A stretch of 45,744 nucleotides of DNA from a virus, in the IMG/VR virus record IMGVR_UViG_3300017716_002598, positions 1-45,744 of that record; one strand, written 5' to 3'. Both the position numbers and the translations under genes were made by a program. Positions 1 to 6,838 of the stretch are shown here, in pieces; the stretch's first letter is position 1; every line of letters starts with the position of its first letter. The notes under the pieces are model-generated. The model saw only the letters and a program-made list of their open reading frames with translations, was not told where the DNA came from and ran no database searches.

Positions 1-118
1 CGCCGAGCTTGCCCGGCTGAAAGCGGAGCGGAAGGCCCTCAAGCCTGTCGTGTCGCTCTCGCCGGGGTTCAAGCGGTCACGCTCGTTCCGCCCGGAAGGG
101 GAGGGCCAGCGCCAGCCG
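1..118. repeat. Terminal direct repeat copy 1 (118 bp, identical to 45627..45744)
   Basis: Read base for base: 1-118 equals 45627-45744. The unique unit is therefore 45,626 bp. This fits a circularly closed or permuted contig, or a short terminal redundancy. Confidence 0.95.
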
Positions 119-406
119 AGGGAACGGGACAACGGCCATCTGGCCTACATCCGCCGCCTTCCTTGCGCCTCCTGCGGCACTTCCGGCCCCTGCGATGCGG
201 CCCACGTTCGGATGCCCGATCTTGAGCGAGGGAAGCGATACACCGGCAAGGCCGAGAAGCCCTCTGACCGCTGGACGGTCCCGCTCTGCCGGCCATGCCA
301 TGAGCGCCAGCACTCCGGGTCGGAGGCGGCGTTCTGGTCTGCCCTGGGGATCGACGTGATCGCCCTCTGCATCCGTCTTTACGAACAAGGACAAGCCAAT
401 GACTGA
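1..406 (+). CDS. Cys-rich HNH-type (DUF968/Ref-like) nuclease, 3-prime part of an ORF that starts at ATG 45604 and crosses the window junction
   Basis: Motifs LPCASCG, DAAHV and PLCRPCHERQH form a CxxC...H...CxxCH zinc/HNH-like pattern. The frame of ATG 45604 maps through the repeat onto the frame of track ORF 50..406. The gene sits directly after recT. Confidence 0.7.
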   Translation, partial: AELARLKAERKALKPVVSLSPGFKRSRSFRPEGEGQRQPRERDNGHLAYIRRLPCASCGTSGPCDAAHVRMPDLERGKRYTGKAEKPSDRWTVPLCRPCHERQHSGSEAAFWSALGIDVIALCIRLYEQGQAND

Positions 407-487
407 CCCGACGCTCCGAGCCTTGGCCGAGGTGTTCCGGCCTCGCTCTCTCTTTCTGCTGGCCGTGGTGGCTGGTGTCGTTTCGTT

Positions 488-736
488 GTGGTGGCTTACG
501 TGAGTGCCGACGATATGGAGGCCCGCACCCCTGCACTAGAGGGGGAGGTGGGCGCGCTGATTGCCCGTCATGCGCTTCTCGACACCCTTGAACGCCAAGC
601 CGCTGAGATAGAGAGGCTGCGGGCCTTACTGATGCTCGCCCGCCCGTTCGTTGCTGATGACACGGAAGCAACGTGCGACCTTGCCGACCGCATCGACGCC
701 GCCCTTACAGGAGAAGACGCCGGGGGGAAGGGATGA
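488..736 (+). CDS. Hypothetical protein (82 aa, GTG start; ATG 515 is an alternative)
   Basis: Codon usage is rich in G+C at the third position. The stop overlaps the xis ATG (ATGA at 733-736). No similarity recognised. Confidence 0.5.
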   Translation: MVAYVSADDMEARTPALEGEVGALIARHALLDTLERQAAEIERLRALLMLARPFVADDTEATCDLADRIDAALTGEDAGGKG

Positions 737-927
737 CCGCCGCAAACGACAACCGGCTGTGCGATCTCCTGGCGTATGGCATACCCGAAGCCGCCGCGGC
801 CTTGAGCGTGGGGCAATCAACGATCTGGCGCTGGATCAAGGCCGGCCAGCTGCGGACGATCAAGCTGGGCGGCCGGACTGTGATCCGCCGGGAGGAGCTT
901 CTCCGGCTGCTTGACGAAGCGGCCTGA
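733..927 (+). CDS. xis: Excisionase / AlpA-MerR-type helix-turn-helix protein
   Basis: The sequence LSVGQSTIWRWIKAGQLRTIKLGGRTVIRREEL is a typical excisionase HTH. The protein is small (64 aa from ATG 733) and lies immediately upstream of attP and int. Confidence 0.8.
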   Translation: MTAANDNRLCDLLAYGIPEAAAALSVGQSTIWRWIKAGQLRTIKLGGRTVIRREELLRLLDEAA

Positions 928-936
928 AATGCAGCC

Positions 937-1181
937 TGTGGGGTAACTTGTGGGGCGAGGGGTCTGGGGCGGGTCCGGTTTCCTTTTGGAAACAACGCCC
1001 AAGCCCCCGAGATTTGGCTCCGCGGGTAGGGGCCGCATTGGTATCCCAGCCGGTCCCGTTTACCCCCGTTCAATCCCGCCCCGCGGGCTTTACAGGGGCC
1101 TCGGCCTCGGCTTAAGCCCCCATGTTACCCCACACGCTCCCGCTCAATACCGTGCGCGCCTGTGGGGTAGATTGTGGGGCG
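937..1181. other. attP region: arm-type repeats flanking a tRNA-3-prime-like core
   Basis: The tandem TGTGGGGTA-N3-TGTGGGGCG occurs at 937-957 and again at 1161-1181. An inverted copy, TACCCCACA, lies at 1126-1134. Between them, 1068-1088 (GTTCAATCCCGCCCCGCGGGC) looks like a T-loop, T-stem 3-prime half and acceptor 3-prime strand. Confidence 0.65.
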
Positions 1182-1184
1182 CCT

Positions 1185-2366
1185 ATGGCCCGAGCCATCA
1201 ATCGGCTGACCGCCAGGACGGTCGCGGCCATGACCCGGCCGGGCCGTCATGCGGACGGCGGCGGGCTCTATCTCATAGTCGACAAGGTGCCGGCCAACGC
1301 GGACGACAAGACCGCTCCGGCAAAGCGATGGGCGCTCCTCGTATCCGTCCGGGGAAAGCGGCGCGAGATCGGCCTGGGGGGCGTGACCTCGACCAACGGG
1401 CTGGCGGAGGCCCGAAAGAACGCCGCCGAGGCCGTCCGCGCGATTGAGCGGGGCGACGACCCGACCCGGCCCAAGGTGGCCGCCCCCGCCTTCCGTATTG
1501 CGGCCGAGCAGGTGATCAAGGACCTGGCCCCCGGCTGGCGCGGCGCGAAGACCGAGGACGGCTGGCGGCGGAACCTCCTAACCCATGCGGCGGATATCGG
1601 ATCCGTGCCGGTCGATCTGATCACGACCGACGACGTGCTTTCCGTTGTTCGCCCCCTTTGGACCGAGAAGCCGGAGAGCGGCGGGAAGCTGCGCGCCCGG
1701 ATCGAGGTTGTCCTCGACGCCGCCAAGGCGCGGGGCTGGCGGGAAGGGGAGAACCCGGCGCGGTGGCGGGGGCATCTCGACCGACTCCTCCCCAAGCCGA
1801 GGAAGCTGGTCCGGGGCCATCACAAGGCGCTGCCCTACGCCAAACTCCCCGCGTTCATGGCGGCCCTTGCCGAACAGACGGCCAGTTCCGCCCGGGCGCT
1901 CGAGTGGACGATCCTGACCGCCTCCCGAGAGGATATGACCCTCAACGCCCGCTGGGGGGAGGTCGAGGGCGATATCTGGACGATCCCCGGCTCTCGCATG
2001 AAGATGGCCCAAGACCTGCGCGTCCCCCTGCCGGCGGCGGCCCTGGCGGTGTTGGCCGCGGTCAAGATCGGCGAGCCCCGGCCGGAGGCGCTGATATTCC
2101 CCGGCAAGAAGAAGGACCGGCCAATGTCGAACGCGACGATGGACGCCCTTCTCGACCGCATGGGCGTCCCCGTCACGGTCCACGGCTTCCGCTCAACATT
2201 CCGCGACTGGGCCGGGGATATGACCGAACACCCGCGCGAGGTCGCCGAGGCGGCCCTGGCCCACGCCGTAGGGAACGCGGTCGAGCGATCCTATCGCCGG
2301 GGGGATGCGCTGGAGAAGCGCCGGGCGCTCATGGCGGACTGGGCCGCCTATTGCCGCCCCGCATAA
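1185..2366 (+). CDS. int: Tyrosine integrase (P4-like family)
   Basis: The C-terminal catalytic region HGFRSTFRDWAGD...LAHAVGNAVERSYRRGD carries the H-x-x-R and Y signatures. The N-terminus (GGGLYLIV) is typical of this family. ATG 1185 is preferred over the longer track ORF start at 1122. Confidence 0.9.
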   Translation: MARAINRLTARTVAAMTRPGRHADGGGLYLIVDKVPANADDKTAPAKRWALLVSVRGKRREIGLGGVTSTNGLAEARKNAAEAVRAIERGDDPTRPKVAAPAFRIAAEQVIKDLAPGWRGAKTEDGWRRNLLTHAADIGSVPVDLITTDDVLSVVRPLWTEKPESGGKLRARIEVVLDAAKARGWREGENPARWRGHLDRLLPKPRKLVRGHHKALPYAKLPAFMAALAEQTASSARALEWTILTASREDMTLNARWGEVEGDIWTIPGSRMKMAQDLRVPLPAAALAVLAAVKIGEPRPEALIFPGKKKDRPMSNATMDALLDRMGVPVTVHGFRSTFRDWAGDMTEHPREVAEAALAHAVGNAVERSYRRGDALEKRRALMADWAAYCRPA

Positions 2367-2392
2367 ATACGCGCCGAGTGCGTAAATAGGCG

Positions 2393-2420
2393 TTGACATT
2401 ACACTAGCGGAGCGTAATAT
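2393..2420 (+). promoter_or_regulatory. Near-consensus sigma70-type promoter of cassette A
   Basis: The promoter reads TTGACA (2393-2398), 16 nt, TAATAT (2415-2420), in an A+T-rich island. A TGCGTAAATA box (2379-2388) lies 4 nt upstream of the -35. The first ATG (2485) is 64 nt downstream of the -10. Confidence 0.7.
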
Positions 2421-2484
2421 CCCCTTATTGAAACGGGGCATCCGCCCCCACCCAGCCGGGGGGAACCGGCAAAGGGGGTCTCCC

Positions 2485-2670
2485 ATGACCTACTTCTCCG
2501 CCACCGACCACGCGATCCGCGCGGCCAGCGCGTCTCAGACCTTGCGTCTGGTCGAACGTCCCTCGCGGTTCGGCGGGGCGTTCGTCGCCATCGAAGACGG
2601 CTTCGGCCTAATCGAGGTGGCCGACGATATGCCGGCGGCCCAGGCTCGTGTCGCACAGTGTGCGGCATGA
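2485..2670 (+). CDS. Hypothetical small protein A1 (61 aa)
   Basis: ATG 2485 is preceded by the purine-rich AAAGGGGG. The stop overlaps the next ATG (ATGA). No similarity recognised. Confidence 0.6.
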   Translation: MTYFSATDHAIRAASASQTLRLVERPSRFGGAFVAIEDGFGLIEVADDMPAAQARVAQCAA

Positions 2671-2903
2671 GCGGGCTAGAGGAGCGAAACGGTCGGAAAT
2701 TCGCCTCTCCCAAACACCAGGCCCTTTACGACCTATTTCGCCGCGATCCGCCGACCGCCGGCTTCGGCGGGGGCAACGCCGCGGCCTATCGCTTCGGCTT
2801 CGCCAACCCCGAGAAGCCCGCGAAACACGTTCGCGGGTCGACCGCATACGCCGCCTGGGCCGCTGGCGTGGATACTGCCCGCGCCCTGGCCCCTAACCCT
2901 TAA
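2667..2903 (+). CDS. Hypothetical small protein A2 (78 aa)
   Basis: ATGA-coupled to A1. Codon bias is coding-like. No similarity recognised. Confidence 0.6.
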   Translation: MSGLEERNGRKFASPKHQALYDLFRRDPPTAGFGGGNAAAYRFGFANPEKPAKHVRGSTAYAAWAAGVDTARALAPNP

Positions 2904-2916
2904 GGAACCCGAGCCG

Positions 2917-3075
2917 ATGACCCGCCCTGACCTTGTTTGGCATCACCGCGCCCTTGTGGCGGAGGTCGCCGCCCATAACCTCGCCGTCATTGTCCGCCGC
3001 CGTCGCGGTGGAGATTGGAGCGCGCCGGAGAACCAGTATCGCAACGCCCTGGCCGAGATCGAGGCGCTGGCATGA
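2917..3075 (+). CDS. Hypothetical small protein A3 (52 aa; below the ORF-track cutoff)
   Basis: Translated by hand: MTRPDLVWHHRALVAEVAAHNLAVIVRRRRGGDWSAPENQYRNALAEIEALA. AAGGA lies about 10 nt upstream. The stop overlaps ATG 3072 (ATGA). Confidence 0.5.
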   Translation: MTRPDLVWHHRALVAEVAAHNLAVIVRRRRGGDWSAPENQYRNALAEIEALA

Positions 3076-3305
3076 TCCAGATGACCGAGACCAGCACCGG
3101 CCCGGCGTTCTCAACCGAGGCCCGCGGCGTGACCTATTATCTCCGCACCGACCGGCTGGGCCGTTACGAGTTGAGCAGCCAACGCATCTCCCTTCGCGCC
3201 TCGCGGACGGGCGGCACCGTTCGTCACTTCGCTTCGCTGGATCAGGTCGAGGCCGAGGTCAAAGCCTTTGCCGGCCTTAGCGCCCTGATTGGAAACCCCG
3301 CATGA
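3072..3305 (+). CDS. Hypothetical small protein A4 (77 aa)
   Basis: ATG 3072 is ATGA-coupled on both sides. No similarity recognised. Confidence 0.6.
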   Translation: MIQMTETSTGPAFSTEARGVTYYLRTDRLGRYELSSQRISLRASRTGGTVRHFASLDQVEAEVKAFAGLSALIGNPA

Positions 3306-3541
3306 CCCCCGCCGAGATCACCGCCGCCCGGGCCGCCCTTGGCGCGCAATGGGGCTTCCCCCGGCCGCTCCTCAAAAGCGAACTGGGCCGGGCCTTGGGC
3401 TTCGACGGGCGCGACCCTGGCCGGCAGATCGCCGAGCTCGAGGCGGGAACGTCGGCCTTGACCGGATCGACCGCCCAGCTTCTCCGGGTCTATCTCGCCG
3501 GGGCCCAGCCCCCGGGCGGGGTTGAGACGATCAAACGCTGA
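3302..3541 (+). CDS. XRE-type helix-turn-helix protein A5 (79 aa), last gene of cassette A
   Basis: MTPAEITAARAALG...SELGRALG...IAELEAGTSALTGSTAQLLRVYL matches the usual short phage XRE/antitoxin-like HTH pattern. It shares the MTPAE..AA..LG N-terminus with ORF 32652..32870. Confidence 0.6.
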   Translation: MTPAEITAARAALGAQWGFPRPLLKSELGRALGFDGRDPGRQIAELEAGTSALTGSTAQLLRVYLAGAQPPGGVETIKR

Positions 3542-3551
3542 GACGACAAAA

Positions 3552-3583
3552 GGCCCCGCCGCCCCCGAAGGAGCAGCGGGGCC
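3552..3583. terminator. Convergent-operon terminator hairpin
   Basis: GGCCCCGC (3552-3559) pairs with GCGGGGCC (3576-3583). On the minus strand the hairpin is followed by TTTTG, an intrinsic terminator for the late operon. It also lies 11 nt after the stop of cassette A. Confidence 0.7.
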
Positions 3584-3638
3584 ACAAGTCCCTTGCAGGG
3601 AACGGGGTTGCCTATCCCGGGACGCTGAACTCGGCGGG

Positions 3639-3806
3639 TTAGGAGGGGGAGGCGAGAAGCAGCCTCATGCTCTCCGCCACCGCTTCGGCCCGGTCGTGGC
3701 TCATCGGCACGAAGCCCTCAAGCTCGGGATCATGGCCTTGATATTGCCCCATCCCGGTCATGGCAAAGCTACCGGGTGCGATCTCGACAACCTCGATCTG
3801 ATGCAT
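3639..3806 (-). CDS. Hypothetical small protein (55 aa; below the ORF-track cutoff), last late gene
   Basis: Translated by hand: MHQIEVVEIAPGSFAMTGMGQYQGHDPELEGFVPMSHDRAEAVAESMRLLLASPS. GAGGGG lies 6 nt upstream of the ATG. The gene sits directly after the stop of the Kelch-like gene. Confidence 0.5.
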   Translation of the reverse strand: MHQIEVVEIAPGSFAMTGMGQYQGHDPELEGFVPMSHDRAEAVAESMRLLLASPS

Positions 3807-3815
3807 TGTGACCCC

Positions 3816-5243
3816 TCACACGACCATGCAGCGCATGACGATAGTCGACGTGTTCAGGATATACTGAATGAACCGGACCCCGGTTTCGGGCTCCACCACG
3901 TCAAAAGCTGTGTCGCCGAGGATTGCCGCACCGGACGGATAGACGTTGACAGACCAGCCCACCATCGACTGCTCTGCGAAGTCGTATCGGAACCAGCGGC
4001 CCGTCGCCTCCTTGGCGATGTAGAGATAGCCGTCCGCATAGACCCATTTCGTCCCGGTCGTGAAGGTCTCGGCCGCCGGAGCATAGGTGACGCCCGAGAC
4101 CCAAGTGTTTGCGGCGATGTCGTAATAGTCCAGCACCGCCCCAGCCCCACCCCGGAAGGAATAGATGCGGCGGCCGTTGATGATGCTGTTCTCATCGGAC
4201 CAGCGGGAATCCCGGGCCGAAGGGACGTTATAGACCCAGCTTCCACTGGCCCCGAGCCCAGGTGCAGCCGCGCGGGCCGCTGTAGGGGAGAGGGTCGTCC
4301 ATGTGTTTCCGCTAATCGAGTAGCGATACAGCGTGACCGCATTATTCCCCATCAGATATAGGAAGTCGTCGTTGCCCTCGATGTGATACTGGCTGGTCGC
4401 GTCGGGGGTCGTCGTCCATGCCGCCGAGACGGTCAGGGCCGTGCCGGTGTTGCTGGCAATGGTGCGGATTTGGCCCGCGCCGGTGCCGGCGACGATCTTG
4501 ACCTGAGAGTTGGCCCACTGGTTCGCGGCCCAGGCCTTCGCAGAGTTGCTGAGCGTGGTCGATGTTCCGCCGGTCGCCGTGCCAGTCGCGAAATTGATGT
4601 CAACGCCGTTGTCGGCGTAGCTCGGCGTGGCCACCATCCGGCCATCGGTGCCCCAAGAAGCGGGCAGGCCGGTGATGGTCAGCGTGGTCCAGGCGTTCGT
4701 GGCGAAGTCATAGACCCGGAAGGATCCGGCTGCGAGCGTGCCCGCCCCCAGCACATAGTAGCGCGGGGTGATCAGTCGATAGGTCGAGGAGGCCGTGATC
4801 GCCGCCGAGAACGGGACCGTGGGCGTCACGACGCCGTTCGCGCCGACCGTATTGAAGGCAATGGTCCGAACGTCGCCCGCGCCGGGTCCGCCCGTGATCT
4901 CGACCTGATACCCGGCCAGCGAACGCGCCAAGGTCAGGTTGGTGTTCAGCGCCGTCGTGCTGCCGCCGGTCGCCGTGCCGCTTGGCCCGATGGCAGCGCC
5001 GGTTCCGCAGGCCCCGGCCCCGAACGTGCCCGCCAGAGCCGCGGACGGGATCTGGATATAGCCGTCCTCAGCCGGATAGTAGAGATACTGCACCGTGTTG
5101 CTGACGACATACAGTTGCCGCTGCTGCGAAAGGCGCGAGGAGATCACAAACGTCCCCGCAGCCGTGGCGGCCGGCGCGGGCGAGGTCATCACCGTCCAGC
5201 GTTTTTGATCGAGGATTTTGCGGTTGAAATTGGCAACGGGCAT
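3816..5243 (-). CDS. Kelch-like beta-propeller fibre / receptor-binding candidate with a duplicated N-terminal module
   Basis: Kelch-type strands recur: FRVYDFATNAWTTL, LYRYSISGNTWTTL, VLDYYDIAANTWVSG, WFRYDFAEQS. Two roughly 70-aa repeats share GTATGG..T.L...V.I..G.GAG..RTIA.NT......(S/T).Y. Confidence 0.6.
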   Translation of the reverse strand: MPVANFNRKILDQKRWTVMTSPAPAATAAGTFVISSRLSQQRQLYVVSNTVQYLYYPAEDGYIQIPSAALAGTFGAGACGTGAAIGPSGTATGGSTTALNTNLTLARSLAGYQVEITGGPGAGDVRTIAFNTVGANGVVTPTVPFSAAITASSTYRLITPRYYVLGAGTLAAGSFRVYDFATNAWTTLTITGLPASWGTDGRMVATPSYADNGVDINFATGTATGGTSTTLSNSAKAWAANQWANSQVKIVAGTGAGQIRTIASNTGTALTVSAAWTTTPDATSQYHIEGNDDFLYLMGNNAVTLYRYSISGNTWTTLSPTAARAAAPGLGASGSWVYNVPSARDSRWSDENSIINGRRIYSFRGGAGAVLDYYDIAANTWVSGVTYAPAAETFTTGTKWVYADGYLYIAKEATGRWFRYDFAEQSMVGWSVNVYPSGAAILGDTAFDVVEPETGVRFIQYILNTSTIVMRCMVV

Positions 5244-5255
5244 GGGCTTCGATCC

Positions 5256-5558
5256 TTAGCTGATCACGATGTTTTGGCGCAGACTGGCCTCAGCCATCTG
5301 GGTCAGGGCGACGACTTGCTGGTTGGCGGCGATGCCGCCGATGTTCGCCTGGTTCGTCACCGTGCCAACGGTTGTCACCGTCGTAATGGTGGCGATGTTG
5401 GCCACAACCTCGGCCGTGACCCGCAGACGCCCGGCGATGTCAGGAGACAGATTGCCCAGACTGTCGGCGATGTCAGACAGCCGGACCGCAAGCTCCCGAA
5501 GAAGCCCGGTCACGTCTGCGTTTTGCGCCAGCCCGGCGAAGGGTTCTTGGTCGGCCAT
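5256..5558 (-). CDS. Hypothetical fibre-associated protein (100 aa)
   Basis: Sits between the collagen-like and Kelch-like genes and is tightly packed against both. No similarity recognised. Confidence 0.6.
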   Translation of the reverse strand: MADQEPFAGLAQNADVTGLLRELAVRLSDIADSLGNLSPDIAGRLRVTAEVVANIATITTVTTVGTVTNQANIGGIAANQQVVALTQMAEASLRQNIVIS

Positions 5559-5559
5559 G

Positions 5560-6303
5560 TCAGGTCCCGTCGTTGACGATCAGATTGATGATGGCCCCGC
5601 CCGCGTCCGTAACCCACCAGTGCCAGGGGCCGGGCTGCGTCGGCCTGATTTGCTGCACATAGACCCCGGTGGGGCCGGCTGGCCCTGTCGCGCCGGTCTC
5701 GCCCTGCGCGCCTGTCGGGCCTTGAGCGCCGGCGGGGCCGGTGGCTCCTTGCGGCCCTGTCGCTCCGGTAGGCCCTGCGGCTCCGGTGTTTCCTTGGGGG
5801 CCAGCGGGGCCTTGCGGGCCGGCGGCGCCCTGGGGGCCGGTTGCGCCGACATCGCCTTGGGGGCCTTGGGGGCCGGTGCCGCCGGTGCCGCCGGTGGCGC
5901 CTTGGATGCCTTGCGGTCCCGTGTCTCCGGTGTCGCCTTTAGGTCCGGTCGGGCCTGTCCCTCCGGTCGCCCCCGTTGGCCCGGTGCTGCCCTGAGGCCC
6001 GGTCGGTCCTGTAGGGCCAGCCGGTCCGGTGTCGCCCTGCGGGCCGGTGGCCCCTTGCGGGCCGGTTGCGCCCGCCGCGCCGGCTGGGCCTGCCGGGCCT
6101 TGGGGGCCGGTCGCACCCGTCGCTCCCGCCGCCCCTTGTGGTCCTTGGCTGCCCTGCGGCCCTTGCGGTCCTTGCCCCCCCGGAGCGCCGCTGACCACGT
6201 TGAGCTCGAAGGTCGGAGCGCTGGCGACTTCCAGTTCAGCCGAGGCCGCGGGGATTTCGAGACTGGTCGTCCCGCCGTCGACAATCGAAAGGTCCGGGAT
6301 CAC
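5560..6303 (-). CDS. Collagen-like (Gly-X-Y repeat) fibre protein
   Basis: An uninterrupted run of G-X-Y triplets ([28 protein letters not shown]...) covers most of the 247 aa. A globular C-terminus follows. Confidence 0.85.
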   Translation of the reverse strand: MIPDLSIVDGGTTSLEIPAASAELEVASAPTFELNVVSGAPGGQGPQGPQGSQGPQGAAGATGATGPQGPAGPAGAAGATGPQGATGPQGDTGPAGPTGPTGPQGSTGPTGATGGTGPTGPKGDTGDTGPQGIQGATGGTGGTGPQGPQGDVGATGPQGAAGPQGPAGPQGNTGAAGPTGATGPQGATGPAGAQGPTGAQGETGATGPAGPTGVYVQQIRPTQPGPWHWWVTDAGGAIINLIVNDGT

Positions 6304-6611
6304 AGGCCGAACTCGATCTTGACCGGCCGGGTCGACTGACGGACCCCGCCCGAGAGGTAGGAGACGGTCAGCGCATAGGCCCCTTTCGTCATCTCCTCGG
6401 TCGTCTGGTATTGCGCCGTGAAGCTGCCCGGGCTGGCGGTCTGGTTCGCCAGCGTCACCGTCATCGGGATCTTGGTGTTCGTTGCCGGCTCCCGCAGCCA
6501 GGCCTCAACCGTGATGCCGGCCGTCGTCAGATTGACCAGAGCGCCGTTCGCGTCGCGATAGGCCCCGGTGATCGACAGAGTGTCACCGAGGGTCAGATAG
6601 GGGGTGGACAT
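6300..6611 (-). CDS. Hypothetical beta-sandwich-like protein (103 aa)
   Basis: ATGA-coupled to the collagen-like gene. Its composition and length resemble ORF 11816..12214. Confidence 0.6.
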   Translation of the reverse strand: MSTPYLTLGDTLSITGAYRDANGALVNLTTAGITVEAWLREPATNTKIPMTVTLANQTASPGSFTAQYQTTEEMTKGAYALTVSYLSGGVRQSTRPVKIEFGL

Positions 6612-6662
6612 GGCGGGCTCCAGAAAGGCTTTCGCGGTTTGGCGGGGCAGGGGCCGGGGAGG

Positions 6663-6809
6663 TCAGCCCATCTCCGGGTCGCCGTCGTTAAGGGTGCCAG
6701 GATCGGGCCGGCGGTCTGTCGCTGACCTTGGAACCGGGTGGCCGACGCGGGCCTGATAGCGCGCGAACTTGGCGCTGGCCCTGCGGTTCAGCCCCCGGTT
6801 CGCCTCCAT
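6663..6809 (-). CDS. Possible small ORF (48 aa) in the 227-bp gap
   Basis: Translated by hand: MEANRGLNRRASAKFARYQARVGHPVPRSATDRRPDPGTLNDGDPEMG. G+C at the third position is high, but there is no convincing Shine-Dalgarno sequence. Confidence 0.25.
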   Translation of the reverse strand: MEANRGLNRRASAKFARYQARVGHPVPRSATDRRPDPGTLNDGDPEMG

Positions 6810-6838
6810 GAACAGGAGGTGGGCGAAGGGGGCGAGGG

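Noticed and set aside
1061-1090. A possible complete tRNA gene in the xis-int intergenic region.
   Set aside because: Only the T-loop, the 3-prime T-stem half and the acceptor 3-prime strand are present. The upstream bases (CCCCC) cannot pair to form the T-stem, and no anticodon arm or D-arm is visible. I interpret it as an attP core fragment, not a tRNA gene.
5650-6190. Highly repetitive DNA that could be taken for a tandem repeat or CRISPR-like array.
   Set aside because: The periodicity is 9 bp or 3 bp and corresponds exactly to Gly-X-Y codons of an open reading frame. There is no repeat-spacer structure.
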